From assembly GCA_964552695.1 (NCBI GenBank), contig CAZKHP010000001.1, positions 1,897 to 40,304 on the forward strand: a stretch of DNA of 38,408 bases, written 5' to 3'. Below are positions 1-7,698 of this stretch, piece by piece. The stretch's first letter is position 1. Each line of letters begins with the position of its first letter. The notes under the pieces are model-generated. The model searched no databases. It had not been told where the DNA came from and saw only the letters and a program-made list of their open reading frames with translations. The DNA is from an uncultured Staphylococcaceae bacterium. Lineage in GTDB: Bacteria; Bacillota_I; Bacilli_A; RFN20; CAG-826. Position numbers and translations under genes: made by a program.

Positions 1-1356
1 CACAAAAACGAACGAAACATCAAAGAACCAGCGGGGCATTTTTTCGCGTTGCTCATAGTTCAAGGCAATATAAACCAGCATGCATAACACCACAAAGATC
101 TGCCAACGGCCGTAATCGACCGAAGTAAATCCTTGAAGCATGTAATAGAAGAACGGAGTGAAGAGGGCAAAAACAATCAGGGTAATGGCAATGAGGTGAC
201 TCCATTTCCGTTGCCGGATGGAGTTCAAAATCGAAGGAATGAGAAACAACATAATCGGCGTAAAAATAAACAAACTGGAAATGGTGTTATCGTACGAACC
301 CGTGTTGAGCAAGGCGGAGGAACGGCAACTGACGGTCGGGAAGAAAAAACTAATCAAGGGATACCATTTATCGTAGGTAGCTCCTCCCGAAGCTTCCCAC
401 GTCATAATCTGATTGATTAACGTGACCCAGTCTTTGATTTTGAAAGCCGCAATCAAGTTGGGGAGATACGTACCGCTGGTGGCACGCGGTGCGGTCCCCG
501 CAATGACCATCGCCGGCAACACGACAAAGGCGGACATCATTATGCCTGTTGCAAACGCCCCAATGCCGATGAAAGCGACGCTTAAAGCATCTTTGGCTTT
601 GTACGTCCGGATGCGTTGGAAATACCGGAAAAGTGCGTAAAAGACACCGGTAAAGCAGGTTGAGATGAGGAAAAAGAAGTTTGTGATTCCCATGAGGAAC
701 AACGCAAACATCAACAGCCACGGTTTCTTTTCTTTTAAAAGTTTTTCGATGCCCCAGAAAACCAACGGGAACACCAAGCACACTTCCATAAAGTGGTTAA
801 ACCAGAGGTAATAAACGTTCCATCCGCAGAAGGCATACACAAGGCCGAAAAGACGTGCGTTGCGTTCGCTGACACCCATGTATTTGAGGAAAGCGCGGAA
901 AACCAATCCGGCGCCTGCCATTTTTAAAATCATGAGAAGTGCCAAACCTTGAGGGACGAGCGCTCGCGGAAAGATCAAAATCGGTAAGAAGAAGGGGTTC
1001 AGTAAGTAATAGAAAGCATTGGACCCAATATTGTTGGAGCCCAAGAACGTCGAGGAATCCCATAAAACGAATTCGCCGGTCTTAAGGAAGTGCCACCAAT
1101 CGTCGTAACCGTTCAAATAAAACGGAATCTGTTGCAAGACATAGTCACCGCTGAGAGGAATGGTAAATAGATTCGTCAGTAAGGCAAAACTGAAAAAGAG
1201 CGCACCAACCGCGACTAACGTTAAAAAATACCAAAGCAAACTGTTTCGGTTTTGCCAGGCTTTTTGGAATCTCTTCCAAACTTTTTGGGCCCATTGACGG
1301 ATTTTTTCCCACCAATGAACCAACGTATTTTTTATCGACGTCCAGACATGTACCAT
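1..1356 (-). CDS. YfhO-family polytopic membrane protein (putative lipid-linked glycosyltransferase). This is the N-terminal 452 codons only; the C-terminus lies beyond the left edge of the window.
   Basis: Absent from the ORF track. Start is ATG (complement of 1354-1356), with GGAG about 8 nt upstream and an in-frame stop at 1357-1359. I checked all 452 codons down to base 1 and found no stop. Translation: MVHVWTSIKNTLVHWWEKIRQ...PLSGDYVLQQIPFYLNGYDDWWHFLKTGEFVLWDSSTFLGSNNIGSNAFYYLLNPFFLPILIF..., followed by many hydrophobic segments. This N-terminal pattern is typical of YfhO proteins. Confidence 0.7.
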   Translation of the reverse strand, partial: MVHVWTSIKNTLVHWWEKIRQWAQKVWKRFQKAWQNRNSLLWYFLTLVAVGALFFSFALLTNLFTIPLSGDYVLQQIPFYLNGYDDWWHFLKTGEFVLWDSSTFLGSNNIGSNAFYYLLNPFFLPILIFPRALVPQGLALLMILKMAGAGLVFRAFLKYMGVSERNARLFGLVYAFCGWNVYYLWFNHFMEVCLVFPLVFWGIEKLLKEKKPWLLMFALFLMGITNFFFLISTCFTGVFYALFRYFQRIRTYKAKDALSVAFIGIGAFATGIMMSAFVVLPAMVIAGTAPRATSGTYLPNLIAAFKIKDWVTLINQIMTWEASGGATYDKWYPLISFFFPTVSCRSSALLNTGSYDNTISSLFIFTPIMLFLIPSILNSIRQRKWSHLIAITLIVFALFTPFFYYMLQGFTSVDYGRWQIFVVLCMLVYIALNYEQREKMPRWFFDVSFVFV

Positions 1357-1423
1357 TCAATATTCTCCACGGAGTAAATACATTATAAACGAAAGCGGAC
1401 CAACGACATAGTCGTTAACGGCG

Positions 1424-1867
1424 TTACTTTTCCAAAGCTAAAATTTTACGCTTGAGATCGACGCCGCCATAGAAGCCCCCGATGCTACCGTCATTGGCAA
1501 TGATGCGGTGGCACGGAACAATAATCATGTGTTTGTTCTTGCCGACAGCGGAGCCTACCGCACGGAAAGCGGTGGGGTGGCCCGAACGGATGGCAATCTC
1601 TTTGTAACTCGCGGTGTTTCCCCACGGAACGGTAAGTAACGCATTCCAAACATCCTTTTGAAAGGGTGTGCCAATCAAATTCAAAGGCAAATCAAATACT
1701 TTTCGTTTTCCCGCCATATACTCAAGCATCTGCGTATGAGCTTTACGAAGAACCGGCGTTTCCTCGCCAAAAGATAGGTCTCCCAAATCGCAGGCGATAA
1801 TTTTCCCGTTTTCTTCAACGAATGACATCGTTCCCAAAACTGTTGGATAACTATGTGCGTTTTTCAT
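1424..1867 (-). CDS. ogt: methylated-DNA--protein-cysteine methyltransferase
   Basis: 147 aa with the active-site motif IVPCHRII. Also carries the conserved TPFQKDVW and YKEIA segments. AGGAGG RBS directly upstream of the ATG. Confidence 0.9.
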   Translation of the reverse strand: MKNAHSYPTVLGTMSFVEENGKIIACDLGDLSFGEETPVLRKAHTQMLEYMAGKRKVFDLPLNLIGTPFQKDVWNALLTVPWGNTASYKEIAIRSGHPTAFRAVGSAVGKNKHMIIVPCHRIIANDGSIGGFYGGVDLKRKILALEK

Positions 1868-1916
1868 GGTACCCTCCTATGAAGACAAGGCAAACGACCT
1901 TGTTTTTTCTAAAAAG

Positions 1917-2261
1917 TTACGGATTTTGGATTTCCTTGACAGTTTTAGCTAAACCCGCCACTTCATCCACCGGTAAAGCGAAGGCAATACCTTGTCCTTT
2001 TGTATCAAATCCGGCGTCCCGATAAATGGCTTTCAAGACGGCATCTTTCAGACTCCGGGGGATTAAAATGAGGACGATTTCTTTTTCAGGTTGAATCGTA
2101 ATGCCAAAAAACTTCTCCATCGCTTCGTTTCCGGTTCCTTTGCCATTGACTACGGTTCCACCGGTAGCGCCTTCGGCCTTCGCAGCTTCCATGACCAGAT
2201 CGGTATAACCGGCATTCACGATCGTGAAGATCAATTCATAGGCTTCGTTTGTCTTTTCCAT
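1917..2261 (-). CDS. P-II family (GlnB-like fold) signal-transduction protein, DUF1538-associated type
   Basis: 114 aa with a beta-alpha-beta pattern (ELIFTIVNAGYTDLVMEAAKAEGATGGTV...GIAFALPVDEVAGL) resembling P-II proteins. GGAGGA RBS. Only 1 nt separates it from the upstream gene. Confidence 0.65.
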   Translation of the reverse strand: MEKTNEAYELIFTIVNAGYTDLVMEAAKAEGATGGTVVNGKGTGNEAMEKFFGITIQPEKEIVLILIPRSLKDAVLKAIYRDAGFDTKGQGIAFALPVDEVAGLAKTVKEIQNP

Positions 2262-2262
2262 G

Positions 2263-2667
2263 TTATTTTCCTCCGATCAAGTCAGTTGAGTTGGCTAAGA
2301 ATTTATAAATCGAGACACCGACGACGCTCGTTAAGGTGATGGTGAATGCCACCCCTTTGGCTTTTCGCGATAGGCTGAAACGCCTTTTGATTTCTTCGAG
2401 GATGGGCGATACTTGGTCTTCGCGGATGACCCCGATTAAGATGTCTTTATCGGTTTCGCCAACGCCCATTAAATCGCTGATTTGCGAGGTTGCGGTCCCG
2501 TGCCCGTGCAAATGTATTTGCACGCCACATTCATGTTTCTTTAAAAGGGCCAAATAAAAATCCGCTTGGTTTTGATTCACGATCGTCACCAATAGTTTAA
2601 GTCTTTTGAGGGGGGTTGTCTTCTCAAAGGGAGTCAACGGGCCTTCGACTTTGCTTTTCTTTGCCAT
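2263..2667 (-). CDS. second, divergent P-II-like protein
   Basis: 134 aa. The core LKLLVTIVNQNQADFYLALLKKHECGVQIHLHGHGT...GVAFTITLTSVVG has a P-II-like layout. Tightly packed between the DUF1538 gene and the first P-II gene. Confidence 0.5.
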   Translation of the reverse strand: MAKKSKVEGPLTPFEKTTPLKRLKLLVTIVNQNQADFYLALLKKHECGVQIHLHGHGTATSQISDLMGVGETDKDILIGVIREDQVSPILEEIKRRFSLSRKAKGVAFTITLTSVVGVSIYKFLANSTDLIGGK

Positions 2668-2680
2668 AGATTTACCTTAT

Positions 2681-4228
2681 TCAAATGAAGTGAATGACCT
2701 GATCATCAAAGACTTCTTTAATCCGCGTACGGGCAATTTTGCGGCGCATTCTTTCTTTGGTCAACGCGCCAAAACCGAGAAGTTGCACGACCACCAAGGG
2801 CGTCATGGCGACCATCGCCACCATCCCGAAAGCGTTACGGGCAATGATCGAATCCAAGTGAGTCGGATCGTTCGCGTAAAGCGACTGACACACGCCGATG
2901 GCGAACGGCAAAATGAAGGTCGCCGTCATCGTTCCCGACGCGACGCCGCCCGAATCGAACGCGACCGCCGTGTAAATATTGGGCACTACGAATGAAAGCG
3001 CGATGGCTAGGAGATAGCCGGGGACTAAAAAGTAAATGATGTTGATATCAAATACCAAACGAACCATGGATAAGGCGACCGATAAAGCGATGCCGATGGC
3101 TAAGCCTAGCATCATGCTTTTTTTGGTAATTAAACCGCCGCTGATTTCTTCGACTTGTCGGTTCAAGACATAGATGGCGGGTTCGGCAACAGCGCTCACA
3201 GCACCCAAAATCGCACCGATGACGACAATCAACCACCGAGTGTCGGTATCGAGGCTGATTTGGCCGATAGAATGACCAATCACTTTGGCCACCGGGAAAA
3301 AGCCGAAATCGATGCAGGTTAAGAAAAGAACAAGACCCAAGTAGGTGTAAAGGATACCAATCATTATTTTTGCCACTTGTTTTTTGGGCAATTTCAAAAA
3401 GAAAAAATTGTAGATGAAGAAAAATAAAATGATGGGGATTAGGGAGATGGTAACGCCCTTAAAGTCTGTCAAAAAAGAATCCAACAGGCCGCTGGGAACA
3501 GGCGCGGTGTAAGAGGTGTTCGCCGGAGCAAACAATCCAAGCAACATGATGGTAATCAAGGGGCCTGCCGAACATAAAGCAATCAAACCAAAGGAATCTT
3601 CGCGCGCGCCTTTACCGCCGCGGACATTGGCAACGCTGGCCCCTAATGCAAGGATAAAAGGAACCGTCAGCGAACCTGTCGTTACGCCACCTGCGTCAAA
3701 CGCCAAAGCAATATAGGCCAAGTTATCGGTCTTTTGAACATAGAGGCTGGCCACGGCAAAGATGACACAGTAAGCCAGAATAAACCACAACTCCAAACTC
3801 TTTTTAAAGATGATTCTCAAGAGACCGGCAGCCAAAAAGAAACCGACGCCTAATGCCACCAATCCGGCAAAAAGCCACGAATTGACGGGCACCATGCTCG
3901 ATAAGAATTGGACATCTGGCTCGGCCAAAGTTACAAAACAGCCAATCAGAAACGCCACCAAGACCATGGCACGGATGTTTCCTTTTTTCGTCAGGTCGCT
4001 GCCCACGTAATCACCGATGGTGACCATCGCCGAATCAGCACCCATCGAAAACAAGATGATTCCGATGACCATAAAAACCGCAGAAAATAAAAAAGGCCAT
4101 AAGAGATTCTCGCCACCCAGCGGGGTTAAGGATGCGATCCCGCTGAAATGAAGGACAAGAACAATGACAACAACCGGAAGGATGGCGGCGCCAGCCTCTT
4201 TAATCTTCTCAAGCCAGGAATGAAACAT
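2681..4228 (-). CDS. DUF1538-family membrane protein with an internally duplicated (two-domain) fusion
   Basis: Polytopic membrane protein with two homologous halves: LAEPDVQ...AFDAGGVTTGSLTVPFILALG and VAEPAIY...AFDSGGVASGTMTATFILPFAIG. The track ORF runs to 4498 and overlaps the upstream gene. I prefer ATG at 4226-4228 (MFHSWLEKIKEAG), which has AAAGGGGA 7 nt upstream. An alternative ATG at 4258 has no RBS. Confidence 0.7.
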   Translation of the reverse strand: MFHSWLEKIKEAGAAILPVVVIVLVLHFSGIASLTPLGGENLLWPFLFSAVFMVIGIILFSMGADSAMVTIGDYVGSDLTKKGNIRAMVLVAFLIGCFVTLAEPDVQFLSSMVPVNSWLFAGLVALGVGFFLAAGLLRIIFKKSLELWFILAYCVIFAVASLYVQKTDNLAYIALAFDAGGVTTGSLTVPFILALGASVANVRGGKGAREDSFGLIALCSAGPLITIMLLGLFAPANTSYTAPVPSGLLDSFLTDFKGVTISLIPIILFFFIYNFFFLKLPKKQVAKIMIGILYTYLGLVLFLTCIDFGFFPVAKVIGHSIGQISLDTDTRWLIVVIGAILGAVSAVAEPAIYVLNRQVEEISGGLITKKSMMLGLAIGIALSVALSMVRLVFDINIIYFLVPGYLLAIALSFVVPNIYTAVAFDSGGVASGTMTATFILPFAIGVCQSLYANDPTHLDSIIARNAFGMVAMVAMTPLVVVQLLGFGALTKERMRRKIARTRIKEVFDDQVIHFI

Positions 4229-4304
4229 AGGGTCATCCCCTTTCGACTTCTCATTCATTATAGAAATGTCAAAGGGGCGTGTAAATAAAAAGAGTGACTT
4301 AATG

Positions 4305-5231
4305 TCACTCCTTTTTAGCGGTTTTGTTATCTGGGAAGAGCGTTTTGAAGGTTTTTGGAATCGGTGCGTAGAATTTTTTGACTTGACCCGAGAACGGATG
4401 TTTGAATTCCAGGCTGTAGGCATGCAGCCCCAAACGTTTGAGTGGATCCTTCTTGGCGTGATATTTGTCATCGCCGATGATGTCATGGCCAAAGTCATGG
4501 AATTGCGCCCTGATCTGGTTTTTGCGCCCGGTTTCGATGGAGACGTCTAAGAGTGAAAATTCGTCAGTCTCACCCATGACGTGATAATGCGTGATGGCTT
4601 CTTTGCCACCTTCGTCTTCATGGTCGACAAACACTAAACGCGTGGAAGTCTCGCGTAGATTGGCTTTGAGTGTATCTTCTTTTTTGGACAAACGGCCTTC
4701 CACGATTGCAAAGTAGGATCGTCTTGTGACCAGATCGTTCCATTTTTCTTGAAGCGCATCGCGGACTTCGGGATTTTTGCTGAAAATCAATAAACCCGAA
4801 GTGTCTTTATCGATGCGGTGGACCACATACAGACGGGTTTTGATGTTTTGCGTTTTCAAGAACGTATAGGTTAGGTTAAAAGCCGTGTATTCGGTTTCGC
4901 GGTCATCGGATACGCTGAGAAGGCCGCTCGGTTTATCGATGGCCACGAACTCATCATCTTCGTAAACAATTTTAAACGGAAGCGGTTTGGCTTCACGCGC
5001 CCCATAGCGGGAAACAGTGACTTTATCGCCTTTGACCAAGGGAGCATCGAAGGCCGTGGTGGGCCGACCGTTGAGCGACACTTGTTTACGGCTTAAAAGC
5101 GACTTGACATTGTTTCGCGACAAGTTGGGATATTGGGTAATCAAAAAATCGAGTAGCCCCATCGGTTCCTTGGCGACGAAATCGCGAGATTCGGGAATAT
5201 TTTTCTTGGCTAAATTCATTGTTTGATCCAT
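4305..5231 (-). CDS. RluA-family 23S rRNA/tRNA pseudouridine synthase with an N-terminal S4 domain
   Basis: Catalytic motif HRIDKDTSGLLIF plus an S4-like N-terminus (LSRNNVKSLLSRKQVSLNG). An alternative start is ATG at 5219, which forms an ATGA overlap with the stop of the upstream gene. Confidence 0.85.
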   Translation of the reverse strand: MDQTMNLAKKNIPESRDFVAKEPMGLLDFLITQYPNLSRNNVKSLLSRKQVSLNGRPTTAFDAPLVKGDKVTVSRYGAREAKPLPFKIVYEDDEFVAIDKPSGLLSVSDDRETEYTAFNLTYTFLKTQNIKTRLYVVHRIDKDTSGLLIFSKNPEVRDALQEKWNDLVTRRSYFAIVEGRLSKKEDTLKANLRETSTRLVFVDHEDEGGKEAITHYHVMGETDEFSLLDVSIETGRKNQIRAQFHDFGHDIIGDDKYHAKKDPLKRLGLHAYSLEFKHPFSGQVKKFYAPIPKTFKTLFPDNKTAKKE

Positions 5232-6151
5232 CGGGCATAAAGCCGTATTTTCTTGCGGGAAGCCCGCACCAGATTGAAAGGTTTGGTCAGTTCTTTATCC
5301 AAGAACCAGCCGTCGAACGTATACCCTTCTTTCACCGGTGTCGGTTGGAGGGTAATGTCGGAGAATGCCTTTGCTTTGGCGGGTGAAATCGGAAGGCCGC
5401 CGTTGGTATCATACACGATTGGAGTCGGATATGTTAGGAATATTGCTAAAGCAATCAAAAGAACCGCCGAAGCCGCGAGCGAAATCGGGGTCCAATCCAC
5501 GCCTCCGGAGAGGGTCAACCAAACGCCTTCGCTTTCCCGACGTTTTTCATCGGGAACGCCACCTTCATTGACAACGTAACGATAAACACAACGGTAACCG
5601 TGATAGCCATTGACGTCCGGGGTATAACTGCTTTCGGTAGCACCGACAATCGAGCCCCAAGTGTCATTTTCATCGCGTTTGTATTCCCATTGGTAGGTGA
5701 CCGTATCGGTCAAATAAAGTTGCAACGAAAGCGTGACTTCGCCGTTGATGAACGAAGTTCCCTCGGCGCTTTGCGTCAACATGGCTTTATCGTTGTTGCC
5801 GATATGTTCCCATTGTGCAAATAAATCGAGTGACGTGGTAACCACCGTGGTGGTGAAATCGAATTCGTTGATTAAGGTATTCTCCAAAAACCATCCGTGA
5901 ATTTCCGCATTGGCGCGTTGAATCACCGTGGGTTCAGTGATGTATCCGGCGGAAGGTAAAACGGTCGGATCAATGGTTTGGTCATCGTTCAAAAGCGTAA
6001 ACGTGACAGTAAGATCGTCGGCTTCAGCGCGGGGTTTGACAACATGCTGTGCCGGTTGAGCCAAAGAAGACGATTGAGTGGGTAAGAAGAGGGTCGACGA
6101 AAACAGCACCATGAGTGCGAGGGGCATCCAAGTCCATAACCCGTGTTTCAT
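5216..6151 (-). CDS. surface or membrane protein with Listeria-Bacteroides (InlB B-type) repeats
   Basis: N-terminal signal-like segment (MKHGLWTWMPLALMVLF). Two repeats of the GYTFDGWF...LYARW type and an Ig-like TYQWEYKRD...GYRCVYRYV segment. One internal TM segment. The chosen start, ATG at 6151, has GGGAGA 7 nt upstream; the track start at 6166 has no RBS. Confidence 0.6.
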   Translation of the reverse strand: MKHGLWTWMPLALMVLFSSTLFLPTQSSSLAQPAQHVVKPRAEADDLTVTFTLLNDDQTIDPTVLPSAGYITEPTVIQRANAEIHGWFLENTLINEFDFTTTVVTTSLDLFAQWEHIGNNDKAMLTQSAEGTSFINGEVTLSLQLYLTDTVTYQWEYKRDENDTWGSIVGATESSYTPDVNGYHGYRCVYRYVVNEGGVPDEKRRESEGVWLTLSGGVDWTPISLAASAVLLIALAIFLTYPTPIVYDTNGGLPISPAKAKAFSDITLQPTPVKEGYTFDGWFLDKELTKPFNLVRASRKKIRLYARWIKQ

Positions 6152-6175
6152 GTGGCTTTCTCCCATGCGTCTTTT

Positions 6176-6850
6176 TTATTTATCGACTTCGTTAAAGCGT
6201 TGGACCGTCATCGTAATCGTCAAATTGCCATTACGGACGCGGAGTTCATCGAGGAATTTCTTTTGGTTGGCGTCTTTTCGCATCACCACGTAGAAGGAAA
6301 CTTCTAACATCGTGCCAAAATCTGCGGTACGAACGCGGTTTAAATGCCAGGACGCACAATATTTGGCCATGACTTCGTCAAAGAGATTTTCGTAATTAAT
6401 GCTTTCGGGAATAACGATGCGGACATTCAAACTACGTCCGTCGGGTTGCCCGAAGTTGAGGGCGAAAAGAATCAAAACGACCACCGAAAGGAGGACCGTG
6501 AAAATCGCGGCGTATAGGACATACCCTAAACCGATGGCGACGCCGACGGCAACTGCCAAGAACAAGTAGGCAATGTCTTCGGTCGATTTTTGCACGCTCC
6601 GGAACCGGGTGAGGGCAAATAACCCGCCGACGGTAATTCCCGCCGCCAGATTATCACTGATTAAGAAAATGACGATGCTAGAAACCGGAACCAGCAACAC
6701 AACGGTAATCGGGAAATCGCTGAGATAACCGTTTTTCCGTTTCACGAACATATAAAGGATGGCGATCACCAGACCGAGGACGACCGCTGCCACAAGGGCA
6801 ATTAAGGCGGCATATTGGGCCGCGTAGATATCAAAGATGGAATCAAACAT
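6176..6850 (-). CDS. DUF4956-family membrane protein
   Basis: Four TM segments plus a soluble C-terminal domain. Carries the conserved family core GGLFALTRFRSVQKSTEDIAYLFLAVAVGVAIGLGY. Start is ATG at 6848-6850 (the track start at 6856 is TTG). Overlaps the stop of the VTC gene by 8 nt. Confidence 0.7.
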   Translation of the reverse strand: MFDSIFDIYAAQYAALIALVAAVVLGLVIAILYMFVKRKNGYLSDFPITVVLLVPVSSIVIFLISDNLAAGITVGGLFALTRFRSVQKSTEDIAYLFLAVAVGVAIGLGYVLYAAIFTVLLSVVVLILFALNFGQPDGRSLNVRIVIPESINYENLFDEVMAKYCASWHLNRVRTADFGTMLEVSFYVVMRKDANQKKFLDELRVRNGNLTITMTVQRFNEVDK

Positions 6851-7577
6851 TTTCAATGAGCTCCTTTCGCTTCAAAATCTCGAATTCTTTGCCATATTTC
6901 GAGAAACTGCCTAAATAAATACCTAATTCGGAAAGACTGTGGGCAAACCATAATGGCATCGCATCGTGCACTTTGACTTCCATCAGGACATGTTCACTGT
7001 CCATGATGGATTCCCCAACAGGTCCGTATTCAAAGTCGAGATGATCGCGCCGCGTGGTGATATTCGTGTCATAGGTTAATCGGAATTCAGGATTGTCTTT
7101 ATCAAAGAACGCCAATCGGTCATAACTGATGAAGACTTTGGGAACGACTTTGTGGGTGGATAGGAAGTAACAGATCTCGGCGATGATTTGTTGGCTTTGG
7201 TAATCCTCCCTTTGGGGCGGTTTTCCGCGCGCCAGGAAGTTTTCGGCTTCCGCGGGAGTCACGCTGATCCGTCGTTTAGTGACGATTCCCGTAATCTTTT
7301 TTTTGATTTCGATATAAACTTCGGGATTCGAGTGTTCGTAGGTTCCATACTTCCGAAGCCGTATTTTTTCTTTATAGGGTGGTTTTTCTACCGATAAGCG
7401 GATGAGGTCGTTATCTTCGGTGTCCCAATAGATGTTGCGGACGAAATAGCTTTGGCCGTTGAGACAGAACGGGTCTTCACACATATGGGTCCGAATGATG
7501 GGTAAAAGGGCCTCGGCTTGTGCGCGAGTCATGATGAATTTTTTTTCGTAACGTTTGAAGACGTTGACGGTATCCAT
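6843..7577 (-). CDS. VTC-domain (polyphosphate-polymerase-like, triphosphate tunnel fold) protein
   Basis: FKRYEKKF near the N-terminus, then IYWDTEDNDL, KIRLRKY, YIEIKKK..TKRR, ISYDRLAF, RLTYDTN, LMEVKV and SKYGKE. This periodicity is the beta-strand pattern of VTC/CYTH tunnel domains. The preferred start, ATG at 7575-7577, has AAGGAG 7 nt upstream. Confidence 0.7.
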   Translation of the reverse strand: MDTVNVFKRYEKKFIMTRAQAEALLPIIRTHMCEDPFCLNGQSYFVRNIYWDTEDNDLIRLSVEKPPYKEKIRLRKYGTYEHSNPEVYIEIKKKITGIVTKRRISVTPAEAENFLARGKPPQREDYQSQQIIAEICYFLSTHKVVPKVFISYDRLAFFDKDNPEFRLTYDTNITTRRDHLDFEYGPVGESIMDSEHVLMEVKVHDAMPLWFAHSLSELGIYLGSFSKYGKEFEILKRKELIENV

Positions 7578-7698
7578 GACGTACTCCTTTACCTCAATAA
7601 ACGTATGCTTCATCCATTATAATGGAAAAACTTCCAAAATCGAAAACGGATTGTCCAAGCGTTAAAAGAAAAAACGCCTCTAAAGGCGTTTGATGGGT

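Noticed and set aside
133-1360. Five short track ORFs: 133-420 (+), 368-781 (-), 413-640 (+), 797-1063 (-) and 1145-1360 (-).
   Set aside because: All lie inside an uninterrupted 452-codon minus-strand frame (1-1356) with a coherent multi-TM YfhO-like translation and a proper RBS. The short ORFs have low-complexity or Arg/Cys-rich translations typical of off-frame shadows.
4229-4498. The N-terminal extension of the DUF1538 ORF as given in the track (start at 4498).
   Set aside because: The extension overlaps the 3' end of the pseudouridine synthase gene and translates to a non-hydrophobic, Ser/Arg-rich peptide. The internal ATG at 4228 has a good RBS and begins just before the first TM helix.
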